NCBI GenBank assembly: GCA_001767435.1
Contig: MEKT01000174.1
Coordinates: forward strand, 36,299-100,298
Reading direction: 5' to 3'
DNA: 64,000 nt
Source of the DNA: Acidobacteria bacterium RIFCSPLOWO2_02_FULL_65_29
Lineage (GTDB): Bacteria > Acidobacteriota > Vicinamibacteria > Vicinamibacterales > CAVVIG01
Positions 17,924 through 25,711 of the stretch are shown here, in pieces. The translations under genes were made by a program, and so were the position numbers. Below the pieces are notes generated by a model. It did not search any database. It had not been told where the DNA came from and saw only the letters and a list, made by a program, of their open reading frames with translations. Position 1 is the stretch's first letter. Each line of letters begins with the position of its first letter.

Positions 17924-17950
17924 GGACCTGCGGGACCGCGCGGACCTGCA
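17924..17950. repeat. 9-mer tandem repeat GGACCTGCG GGACCGCGC GGACCTGCA
   Basis: Three units directly downstream of the stop of the beta-lactamase-like gene. Confidence 0.75.
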
Positions 17951-17968
17951 GTTTCGCGGCGCGGCGGT

Positions 17969-18982
17969 TTATTTCTGTTCGGCGAACACGTCAGCCACTT
18001 TCAGCGCGAGTGCGGCCGTGTTGGCGTGCGCGACGTTCGACGCCACGGCAACGACGATCCCGCTGTCGCGGCGCGTCATCAGCGACATCACGCTTCCGCC
18101 TGCGAGCTGACCGTTGACGCTGTCTGCTTTCGTCGCCAGGGCGAAGCGGACGAGATCGGACGGCGTGGAATAGAACGCCATCCCACCCGCGCAGCACGCC
18201 AAGTCGCGCATGTACATCAGTCGTCGTCCACGGCGGGGATTGTTGTCATCGGATCTCGGGACGTAGAACGTCGCGCGATCGCCCGGCAATGGCTGCGCGG
18301 GGGCGGTGACACCAATCGGCCTGAGGATGATGTTGTGGACGAGCGTGAAGAGTGGGAAGTCATCTTCCGGCTCCCCGTGATGACTGGGGCTCCACTCGGC
18401 CGCCGAATCAGTGCCGGTGTTGGTCATGCCGAGGGACGCGACCGCGGCGGCGGTGACCACAGGTGCCGCGGTGCCGATGTTGAATCGAGTATCCGGTGTA
18501 ACGGGCGTCTGCGTGACGACGTCCCTCCATCCGAACCCTTCGGCCCAGACGATGCCCACGCCCATGCCGACCGCGATCGAGACTCCTGGCAGGTTCTGCT
18601 CCCCGATGGCCGCACGCACCATCGACCGCGCGCGATCGACCGCTGCCGCCCATTGTGGCGAGGGCGCCGACTCGTTGACCGACGGCAGGTCCGGCGGTTG
18701 CGCGAAGAGAGGCGCTGCTACGGTGACCGCATGGGTGAGAAATGCCGCGAACGCGGCAATGAGAACGCCGACCGCCAGTGCGGTGCGCGCGGCCCAGATC
18801 GGCAGCCGGTTCCGTGCGGTCCTCACGCCGAACAGGACCGCGGCAAGCATCAGCAGGAATCCGATGACCGCCGCGCCGGGCGCGTCGTCGGCGTTGGCGA
18901 CGTAAATGCCCATCGCGGCCATGGCCAGGCCGAGGGCGATGAGGGCGAATGCCTTCACGGGGTTCGTCACAGAGGATGTCAT
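17969..18982 (-). CDS. membrane-anchored beta-lactamase-fold (serine hydrolase-like) protein with degenerate catalytic motif
   Basis: ORF 17969..18982. It has three N-terminal TM segments, then NLPGVSIAVGMGVGIVWAEGFGWRDVVTQTPVTPDTRFNIGTAAPVVTAAAV. That pattern normally reads F.IGSxxK, but here it is TAAP. Confidence 0.7.
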   Translation of the reverse strand: MTSSVTNPVKAFALIALGLAMAAMGIYVANADDAPGAAVIGFLLMLAAVLFGVRTARNRLPIWAARTALAVGVLIAAFAAFLTHAVTVAAPLFAQPPDLPSVNESAPSPQWAAAVDRARSMVRAAIGEQNLPGVSIAVGMGVGIVWAEGFGWRDVVTQTPVTPDTRFNIGTAAPVVTAAAVASLGMTNTGTDSAAEWSPSHHGEPEDDFPLFTLVHNIILRPIGVTAPAQPLPGDRATFYVPRSDDNNPRRGRRLMYMRDLACCAGGMAFYSTPSDLVRFALATKADSVNGQLAGGSVMSLMTRRDSGIVVAVASNVAHANTAALALKVADVFAEQK

Positions 18983-19117
18983 GTGCTAACACTCCCACAA
19001 ACCGGCGTGGAAACGCGGAGGCCGCTGCCTGGTATCGAGGCCGTGCGACATTACTCTATTATGAAAAGGTCTCTGTTAAAAGGAGCAATCGCCGGGGTCG
19101 CTGGACGGCTGGAGAGC

Positions 19118-19510
19118 TCAACTGCTGCGAGTCGCTCGAATGATCGCATCCAGGTGATTGAGGTACTTCTCCAGCGCACGTCGGCCGGACGCGGTCAGCC
19201 TGTAATCAGTCCGCGGTGTGCGGCCTTCAAACGTTTTGTCGTATGAAACGTAGCCGGCGTCTTCGAGCTTGCGGACATGGCCGCCCAGGTTGCCATCCGA
19301 CGCACTCAATGCGGACTTCAACTCTGTGAAAGACAACGACATGTCGTCCGCCGCCGCCAATGCGCTGACGATGCCAAGCCGCATGCGGTCGTGGAGCAGG
19401 CGATCGAGCGAGGTCGCGATCTCGGAGGCCGGGGCGGTGCTCGGTGCCCGCGTCGAGCCCTCTCGCTGAGCCTTCGTACTGACTTGGCGCGCCGCGCTTG
19501 ATTTAGCCAC
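19118..19510 (-). CDS. winged-helix (ArsR/MarR-like) transcriptional regulator
   Basis: ORF 19118..19558 trimmed to GTG 19510, which overlaps the upstream stop (GTGGCTAA). The sequence LDRLLHDRMRLGIVSALAAADDMSLSFTELKSALSASDGNLGGHVRKLEDAGYVSYDKTFEGRTPRTDYRLTASGRRAL is a wHTH pattern. Confidence 0.7.
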   Translation of the reverse strand: MAKSSAARQVSTKAQREGSTRAPSTAPASEIATSLDRLLHDRMRLGIVSALAAADDMSLSFTELKSALSASDGNLGGHVRKLEDAGYVSYDKTFEGRTPRTDYRLTASGRRALEKYLNHLDAIIRATRSS

Positions 19511-20159
19511 CGTGATACCTCGCAATGTAAGCGCCGAATCCAACGTGCAGTCCGCCAAACCCGATCCCGAGCCAGACGTTGCCCCATTCGGGCAGTGTCA
19601 ACGACGCGGCGATCCCGGCTGCCATGAAGCACGCCCCGAGCGCGCGGACCACCGGCACGCTGAACATCCCGCCCGTGAGCACCCCGACGCCGTACAACAG
19701 CAACCACGCCGGCGCCATGACATTGAAATCCCGCATCACCCACAGGTCATAGGTGATCGCTCCGCCCGCGACAAGCGGGGCCGCCGTCCCCAATGCGAAC
19801 CTGCGCGCGTTCTTGCCGGTCAGCGCGATGCCGGCGCGCCGCGCCTTCCAAATCATCGCTGCCAGCTCAACGACAACAGCGATGGACGCAGCGCCAGGCC
19901 ACGTCGCGAGCCAGCGTTCGCCAGTCGGCTGCCGAGCGCCCACGACCGCGGCGATCAGCCCGATGACGCCCGTTACCACGCCGCCGGCGCCAGGAACGGC
20001 GGTCAAGGCTGACGAGCGCTCCATCGCAGACCGGATGTACGTGAGATCGTCTGCCGCCCGGTTGCTGATCAAGCGAGGCTGGGGCTCGGGCACAACATGG
20101 ATACTGTAGTGCAGGGAAGTGACCCACCACCCAGCATTGACCTTGTACCAGTTGGTCAT
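19503..20159 (-). CDS. hypothetical integral membrane protein (4-5 TM); true start possibly downstream of 20159
   Basis: ORF 19503..20159, with hydrophobic segments VVTGVIGLIAAVVGA, ASIAVVVELAAMIW, APLVAGGAITYDLWV, PAWLLLYGVGVLTGGMF and WLGIGFGGLHVGFGAYI. The first ~45 codons overlap a REP-like word and the putative antitoxin promoter. Confidence 0.6.
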   Translation of the reverse strand: MTNWYKVNAGWWVTSLHYSIHVVPEPQPRLISNRAADDLTYIRSAMERSSALTAVPGAGGVVTGVIGLIAAVVGARQPTGERWLATWPGAASIAVVVELAAMIWKARRAGIALTGKNARRFALGTAAPLVAGGAITYDLWVMRDFNVMAPAWLLLYGVGVLTGGMFSVPVVRALGACFMAAGIAASLTLPEWGNVWLGIGFGGLHVGFGAYIARYHGG

Positions 20160-20166
20160 CTAAGAT
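20137..20166 (+). promoter_or_regulatory. candidate vapBC promoter TTGACC-N18-TAAGAT
   Basis: TTGACC at 20137-20142 and TAAGAT at 20161-20166. ATG 20174 lies 7 nt after the -10 box. Confidence 0.45.
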
Positions 20167-20172
20167 GACCAA
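20152..20172. promoter_or_regulatory. perfect 21-bp palindrome TTGGTCATCT-A-AGATGACCAA (candidate antitoxin operator)
   Basis: The reverse complement of 20152-20161 equals 20163-20172. The palindrome contains both divergent track start codons (20159 minus, 20165 plus), so both ORFs begin with MTN. Confidence 0.6.
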
Positions 20173-20422
20173 CATGGCCATTCGCTCTCGTACAGCCCGA
20201 TACGTCAACATCGCTGAAGCCAAGGCGCGGCTGTCGGAGCTCGTCGGCAGAGCGGCCGTTGGCGAGGAAGTCGTGATCGCCAAGGATCACAAGCTGGTCG
20301 CCAAACTGGTACCGCTCCGAGCGGCACGCACACCGCGCAAGCCTGGATCGGCCAAGGGCCAGATTTGGATCGCCCCCGATTTCGACGCGATACCGCGTGA
20401 TTTCTCAAAGTACGTCAAATGA
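20165..20422 (+). CDS. vapB: type II antitoxin, Phd/YefM-like (VapB-type partner of the PIN toxin); ATG 20174 is an alternative, possibly leaderless start
   Basis: ORF 20165..20422, with VNIAEAKARLSELVGRAAVGEEVVIAKDHKLVAKLVPL followed by the tail GQIWIAPDFDAIPRDF. It overlaps the toxin start by 4 nt. Confidence 0.8.
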   Translation: MTNMAIRSRTARYVNIAEAKARLSELVGRAAVGEEVVIAKDHKLVAKLVPLRAARTPRKPGSAKGQIWIAPDFDAIPRDFSKYVK

Positions 20423-20805
20423 GGGTCTTACTCGACACACAGGCCTTCCTGTGGTGGGTCGACGAGGCTTCGCATTTGAGCTCACGCGCCCGCACAGCCA
20501 TCGCCGCGCCGGACAACGAGGTCTTCCTGAGCATCGCCAGCTGCTGGGAGATCGCCATCAAGGTGAGTCTCGGCAAGCTTCGGTTGAAGGCGCCGGCCAA
20601 GCGCTTCTTCCCCGAGCAACTGGCAGCCAACGCTTTCGAGCTGCTCGGCGTCGAGCTCGATCACGTCTGTCGGGTGGCGACGCTGCCGTTCCACCACCGC
20701 GATCCGTTCGATCGTCTGCTCGTCGCACAGGCGATCGAGGAAGACCTCACGGTAGTGTCGACCGACGAGGTGTTCGAGCGCTACGGCGTCTCACGAATCT
20801 GGTAG
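20419..20805 (+). CDS. vapC: type II toxin, PIN-domain ribonuclease VapC
   Basis: ORF 20419..20805, with MRVLLDTQAFLWW...FLSIASCWEIAIK...HRDPFDRLLVAQA...VVSTDEVF. The PIN acidic residues are in the expected spacing. Confidence 0.9.
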   Translation: MRVLLDTQAFLWWVDEASHLSSRARTAIAAPDNEVFLSIASCWEIAIKVSLGKLRLKAPAKRFFPEQLAANAFELLGVELDHVCRVATLPFHHRDPFDRLLVAQAIEEDLTVVSTDEVFERYGVSRIW

Positions 20806-21810
20806 CGCGGTGCCTTCTGTCTCCGCCTTCTGCCGCCGGACCATGAGCGCCTCGACGGCAGACCGGACGTCGGACTTCCCTTCGAGCACGGCGTACATCT
20901 GCGTGGCAATCGGCAGCTCCACGCCGTAGCGCCGGCCGAGCGCCAGCGCGGCCCCGGTCGTGTTCACGCCCTCCGCGATCATCTTCATGCCCGCGAGGAT
21001 GTCTCCGAGCGGGCGTCCTTTGGCGAGCTCGATGCCCACATGGCGGTTGCGGCTCAACGCACCGGTGCACGTGAGCACCAGATCGCCGAGCCCGCTCAGT
21101 CCAGCGGTGGTGTCGCGCTGCCCACCCGCCGCGCACGCCAGACGGGTGATTTCGGCGAGCCCGCGCGTGATGAGCGCAGCGAGCGCGTTGTGGCCGAGCC
21201 CGCATCCCTCGACGACGCCGGCGGCGATCGCGATCACGTTCTTGAGCGCGCCGCCAATCTCGACACCGACCACATCGGGCGATCCGTACAGCCGGAAGTA
21301 CGGCCCGCGGAACTCTGCCTGCACGAGCTCGATGGCCGTCCCGCTGGTCGACGCGGCCAGCACAACGGTCGGCAACCGCCGCGCGACCTCGACCGCGAAG
21401 CTCGGCCCCGACAGGACCACGACGGCGCGACCTGTGCCGAGCTCCTGCGCGATCACTTCCGACAGGCGGAGCAGCGTGTCGCTTTCGATCCCCTTGGTTG
21501 CGCTGACCACCGTCGCGTGCCGCCGGATATCGCGCGCCGCCGCGCGCATGACGGACCGCACGCCCTGCGTGGGGATGGCCGACACGACCAGGTCGGTGTC
21601 GCGCACGGCCGCGCCCAGACTGTCGGTGACTGTCACGCTCGAAGGAAGGGAGATGTCGGGCAAGTACACGGCGTTGGCTCGGCGCGCCGCGATGTCGGCG
21701 GCCAGCGCCGGATCACGCGCCCACAGCTGGACCTCGTGCCCCATGTGGGAAAGGTGCACGGCGAGCGCCGTTCCCCAACTGCCGGCCCCAAGCACTGCCA
21801 CGTTTCGCAT
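20791..21810 (-). CDS. gpsA: NAD(P)H-dependent glycerol-3-phosphate dehydrogenase
   Basis: ORF 20791..21810, with VAVLGAGSWGTALAVHL and GALKNVIAIAAG. Confidence 0.9.
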   Translation of the reverse strand: MRNVAVLGAGSWGTALAVHLSHMGHEVQLWARDPALAADIAARRANAVYLPDISLPSSVTVTDSLGAAVRDTDLVVSAIPTQGVRSVMRAAARDIRRHATVVSATKGIESDTLLRLSEVIAQELGTGRAVVVLSGPSFAVEVARRLPTVVLAASTSGTAIELVQAEFRGPYFRLYGSPDVVGVEIGGALKNVIAIAAGVVEGCGLGHNALAALITRGLAEITRLACAAGGQRDTTAGLSGLGDLVLTCTGALSRNRHVGIELAKGRPLGDILAGMKMIAEGVNTTGAALALGRRYGVELPIATQMYAVLEGKSDVRSAVEALMVRRQKAETEGTALPDS

Positions 21811-21813
21811 CCG

Positions 21814-22440
21814 TCACACCCTCGGCCGCCGCCCATCCTCGAGACGGGCAGACGCGACGGCCACTCGCCCGATGCGCCGCTCGGCGCCGTCGCGAAGCCG
21901 CGCCAGGTTGGAGCGATGCCGAAAGACGACGAGCACCGATGCGGCCGCCGCGGCGCCAACCACCGGACCGGGGCTCCCCGTGGCATAGGCCATCGCGGGC
22001 AGGGCGACAGAGGCGACGACCGATCCAACCGAGATGTACTTGGTCATCATGACACTCACGAGAAAGATCGCCAGCGCGGACGCCGTTGCGGACGGGGCCA
22101 GCACCGAGAACACGCCGCACGCGGTGGCCACGCCCTTGCCGCCGCGAAAACGAAGCCACACGGGATAAATATGACCGGCGATGGCGGCCAGGCCCGCGGC
22201 CGCCGGAACGCCGGGGCCGCCGGCATGCAGCCGCTCGGCCAGGAGCACGCTCACCGCGCCTTTGCCGATGTCGAGCAGCGCGACGAGGATGCCGGCCGCC
22301 ACGCCGGAGGCGCGCAGCACGTTGGCGGCGCCCAGGTTGCCGCTGCCAACCTGCCGCAAATCCGATCCCCAGCGCCTGGCCAGCAGAAACGCGAAGGGGA
22401 TCGACCCGACGAGATAGGCCAGGCCGATAATCAGGGACAT
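21814..22440 (-). CDS. plsY: glycerol-3-phosphate acyltransferase PlsY
   Basis: 3' part of ORF 21814..23004, from ATG 22440: MSLIIGLAYLVGSIPFAFLLAR...GSGNLGAANVLR...DIGKG...GHIYPVWLRFRGGKGVAT. Confidence 0.9.
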   Translation of the reverse strand: MSLIIGLAYLVGSIPFAFLLARRWGSDLRQVGSGNLGAANVLRASGVAAGILVALLDIGKGAVSVLLAERLHAGGPGVPAAAGLAAIAGHIYPVWLRFRGGKGVATACGVFSVLAPSATASALAIFLVSVMMTKYISVGSVVASVALPAMAYATGSPGPVVGAAAAASVLVVFRHRSNLARLRDGAERRIGRVAVASARLEDGRRPRV

Positions 22441-22988
22441 ACGAGGCGCGCCTGCGACAACCGAGTATAGGACGGTCCGGCCGGCAAGAGCCGACTCTGC
22501 ACGAGCGCCACGGCCGATACATCGACGGCGGCCACGACGCCAGGCGTCCCCAGGACGGGGCGAGGCGACCGCCGGCCGTCGCGCCACCGCGCCAGCGTGA
22601 GGTGCGGATGGAACGGTCTCTTGTCCACCGCAACGCCGGCGCCGGTCAGCTTGGCCGCCACATGCGCATGAAGGTCGATCGCCTGCCGCAAGCCATCCAC
22701 GACGCCCAGCCACAGCACTCGGGGAGCGCCGTTGGCCGGGAACACGCCAAGGCCGCCGAAGACGAGTCGAAACGGCCTCTGTCCAATGTCGGCGCTCATG
22801 GCTTCGACGAGCTTGGTGGCGTCGTCGGGAACCTCTCCGATGAACACGAGCGTGAGGTGCAGATGCTCGGATCGGACGAAACGGATCGATCGGGATTCGC
22901 CGCCTAGCGTCGACACGATCGCCTTCTGCTCGGCGTCGATCGCGACGCGCGCCTCGCCGGTCAGTTCGATGGCCGTAAACAGCCGCAT
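22431..22988 (-). CDS. thpR: RNA 2',3'-cyclic phosphodiesterase (2H family, ThpR/LigT)
   Basis: 3' part of ORF 22431..23642, from ATG 22988: MRLFTAIEL... It carries the two HxT motifs HLHLTLVF and HPHLTLAR. Confidence 0.85.
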   Translation of the reverse strand: MRLFTAIELTGEARVAIDAEQKAIVSTLGGESRSIRFVRSEHLHLTLVFIGEVPDDATKLVEAMSADIGQRPFRLVFGGLGVFPANGAPRVLWLGVVDGLRQAIDLHAHVAAKLTGAGVAVDKRPFHPHLTLARWRDGRRSPRPVLGTPGVVAAVDVSAVALVQSRLLPAGPSYTRLSQARLVCP

Positions 22989-22996
22989 CTCGAGCC

Positions 22997-24247
22997 TCAC
23001 GCACTCGCCAGCGTCAGACGCAGCAGATTCATCGCGGCCTGCGCGGCCTGGAACTTGATCATCTCTCGGCCCCCGAAGAGCCGCACCGTGCGAATCGTGG
23101 CGCGGCCGTCCACCACGACTGCGATGGCCACCGTGCCGACGGGCTTCTCCGGCGTGCCACCGCCCGGTCCCGCTATGCCCGTGATGCCGATGCCGACGCG
23201 CGTGCCGGCCCGCCCGGCCGCGCCCTCCGCCATTGCTGTCGCCACCGCCTCGCTGACGGCGCCGTGTTCGCGAATGGTCGACTCCGGTACGCCGACGAGC
23301 TCCATCTTCGAGCGGTTGCTGTAGCACACGTAGCCGCGCTCCACGTAGTCGGAGCTCCCGGACACATCCGTCAGGCGCGACGTCAACAATCCACCCGTAC
23401 ACGATTCGGCCACGGCGATCGTCAGGTGTCTCGCGCGCAGCAGGTCGCCGACCACAGCCTCGAGCGGGCGCCCATCCACGCTGTATACAGAAGAGCCGAG
23501 CACTGTTTGGAGCTCGGCGACTGCGCCGTCGAGCGCCCGATCCGCCGCTTCGCGCGCGTTCGCCGACGCCGTCAGGTGCAGCTCGATCTGCCCGAGCACC
23601 GCCAGGATTGTCGTGACGATGGGCACCTCCTGTGCCGTCCACTTCGAGTACACGGGCTGGGCGACAGCATCGACCTCCGATTCAGGCCGTCCCGTGATCT
23701 TCAGCACGCGCCGGAACAGCCCGGCGCCGCCGGCCGATGGCGCGAGCCGGTCGCGAATCACGGCGTCGAGCATCGGCGTCATCTCGCGCGGCGGTCCCGG
23801 CAGGAGCACAAACGCGGTCCGGCCGCGTTCGATCCACAGGCCGGGCGCCGTGCCATTCGGATTGTCGAGCACGGTCGCACCGCGAGGCACCAAGGCCTGC
23901 CGTCGGTTGTTCTCGGTCATCGTGAGCCCGCGCCGTGCAAACCGCTCGCCCAGCGCATCGACGATGCGCGGGTCGACGTCGAGCGGAACGTTCATGATGC
24001 GGGCGACAGCGTCGCGGGTGATGTCGTCTTCGGTGGGCCCGAGGCCACCTGTCATGACGACCAGATCGGCCCACTCGGCCGCAGCGGTCAGCACGCGAAC
24101 GAGCTCTTGCACATCGTCGCCCACCACCGCCTTGAGTCGGACGTCTCCGCCGATCGCATTCACCCGCTCGGTGATGACGAGGGAGTTGGTGTCGAGACGG
24201 AACGGCGTCAGCATCTCGCTGCCGACGGCGACGATGCAGACTAACAT
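22997..24247 (-). CDS. cinA: CinA-family competence/damage-inducible protein (MoCF-binding domain + nicotinamide-nucleotide amidase domain)
   Basis: ORF 22997..24247, with VAVGSEML...TNS..I...VVMTGGLGPTEDDITRDA and the C-terminal AESCTGGLL. Confidence 0.9.
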   Translation of the reverse strand: MLVCIVAVGSEMLTPFRLDTNSLVITERVNAIGGDVRLKAVVGDDVQELVRVLTAAAEWADLVVMTGGLGPTEDDITRDAVARIMNVPLDVDPRIVDALGERFARRGLTMTENNRRQALVPRGATVLDNPNGTAPGLWIERGRTAFVLLPGPPREMTPMLDAVIRDRLAPSAGGAGLFRRVLKITGRPESEVDAVAQPVYSKWTAQEVPIVTTILAVLGQIELHLTASANAREAADRALDGAVAELQTVLGSSVYSVDGRPLEAVVGDLLRARHLTIAVAESCTGGLLTSRLTDVSGSSDYVERGYVCYSNRSKMELVGVPESTIREHGAVSEAVATAMAEGAAGRAGTRVGIGITGIAGPGGGTPEKPVGTVAIAVVVDGRATIRTVRLFGGREMIKFQAAQAAMNLLRLTLASA

Positions 24248-24256
24248 GGCAATAGA

Positions 24257-24383
24257 TAATCGAGTAATCGAGTAATCGGGTAATTGCGTAATGGATTGAT
24301 TGGCGAATCGAATTGGCTGGCCTGTTATCTCAATGCTCCCGATCCAATTACTCGATTACCCGATTACCCGATTACCCAATTAC
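24257..24383. repeat. inverted arrays of octamers: TAATCGAG-type x5-7 (24257-24312) and CCGATTAC-type x5 (24344-24383)
   Basis: The left arm reads TAATCGAG TAATCGAG TAATCGGG TAATTGCG TAATGGAT... The right arm reads CCAATTAC TCGATTAC CCGATTAC CCGATTAC CCAATTAC. The right units are reverse complements of the left units. Located in the pgpA-cinA spacer. Confidence 0.9.
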
Positions 24384-24822
24384 CCAACGCCAGGATCCCC
24401 CTGAGGGCGACATTGGCGTACACGGCGGCCATCAGGTCGTCGGCCATCACCCCAACGCCACGGGGCAGGCGTTCGAGCCGGTTGGCGGGATACGGCTTGA
24501 CGATGTCGAACAAGCGAAAGAGCAGGAACCCCGAGCCGACCGACACCCAGCCGACCGGGTTCATGAACATCGTGACGAGCATGCCCATGACCTCGTCGAC
24601 CACTGCCGGACCAGGATCGGTGGCGCCAAAATGGCGTTCGGCAACACCGCTGGCCCACGCGCCGACCGCGAAGGTCAGAACGATGACCGCCGCCTGAACG
24701 AACAGAGACGCCGGCAGCACGAACCACAGGGCGAGCCCCGCCAGCGACCCGAACGTGCCTGGCGCAACAGGTGCGTATCCAACGCCGCAGCAGGTGGCGA
24801 TCGCGAGCGCGACGGAACGCAT
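24364..24822 (-). CDS. pgpA: phosphatidylglycerophosphatase A
   Basis: ORF 24364..24822, with GVGYAPVAPGTFGSLAG...DPGPAVVDEV.G...FRLFDIVKPYP...ERLPRGVGVMADDL. The stop codon lies inside the CCGATTAC repeat arm. Confidence 0.85.
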   Translation of the reverse strand: MRSVALAIATCCGVGYAPVAPGTFGSLAGLALWFVLPASLFVQAAVIVLTFAVGAWASGVAERHFGATDPGPAVVDEVMGMLVTMFMNPVGWVSVGSGFLLFRLFDIVKPYPANRLERLPRGVGVMADDLMAAVYANVALRGILALGNWVIG

Positions 24823-24835
24823 CGGACGCGGGTGA

Positions 24836-25711
24836 TCAGGCCGACAGGCGGACGACGCGGGTGCCCGCGCACCGATCGTGGAGTCCGCGGTGATCGCGGC
24901 TCAGGGCCGTGAGGAATCCGAGGCCCGCGGGAACCGCGAGCACGACCCACACCAAAGTTCTCAGGACTGAATGGCCGAGGTCGATCGGCGCGTCTGAACC
25001 CGTGGGCACGACCTTGATGCCCGCGGCCATCTTTCCAAGCGTCTGTCCACCCGCAGTGAACGCGATGAAATACCCGCAGTTCTGCGCGACGAGGAACGCC
25101 AACAGCGGACCTTTCGGCAGGACGGCGAAATCGGCGGCCGTCAGCCCGCAAATCTTCATGGTGAAGTAGACAACGAGGGTGTCGATGGCCAGGAGGATCG
25201 TGAGGTCGAGTGCCACGGCGAGGGCCCGGACCCCAAGGCCGGCAGGCTCGAGGTCGACACTGTCGCCGGACCACGGCGAGGGCGTTCGACCCTCGAACGG
25301 GACGGCCGATTCGGCATCGGCAGCCTGGGCCAGATCCAACATCGGGAGGCGGCTCTGCGCGCGCAGCCGGGGCACCTCGGGCGTTGCGCGCCGCACCGCC
25401 AACGGGGGCCGCGGCGGCGACGGCTTCCTGATCAGGGGTTCATCGCCGAACGGAAGCTCGGAGCCGGCCGATGCGGGACTCGTCGTGGCGCGGTCGAGGC
25501 CCCGATCGCGCCTCTGCGCCGAAGACGGTCCATCTGCTGCTGGTGCCGCCCGAACGAGGAGCGTGCAATCGTCGAGCGCGCCTTCGGATCGGACGTCGTC
25601 GCGCATCGGCAGGTCCAGAAGCTGCGGCGGCGCCAACGAGAATTCGTATCCACAGTTGCGGCAGCGATCGACCGTCTCGAACCCGATGTAGCTGCACTTG
25701 GGGCACTTCAT
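24836..25711 (-). CDS. RDD-family membrane protein with N-terminal zinc-ribbon
   Basis: ORF 24836..25711, with MKCPKCSYIGFETVDRCRNCGYEF and then a C-terminal RDD-like TM domain (RALAVALDLTILLAID...GQTLGKMAAGIKVV...GLHDRCAGTRVV). Confidence 0.8.
   Translation of the reverse strand: MKCPKCSYIGFETVDRCRNCGYEFSLAPPQLLDLPMRDDVRSEGALDDCTLLVRAAPAADGPSSAQRRDRGLDRATTSPASAGSELPFGDEPLIRKPSPPRPPLAVRRATPEVPRLRAQSRLPMLDLAQAADAESAVPFEGRTPSPWSGDSVDLEPAGLGVRALAVALDLTILLAIDTLVVYFTMKICGLTAADFAVLPKGPLLAFLVAQNCGYFIAFTAGGQTLGKMAAGIKVVPTGSDAPIDLGHSVLRTLVWVVLAVPAGLGFLTALSRDHRGLHDRCAGTRVVRLSA

Noticed and set aside
24257-24383. The tandem arrays considered as CRISPR arrays.
   Set aside because: The units are 7-14 nt and directly abutting with no spacers, and no cas genes are present. 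They are not CRISPR.
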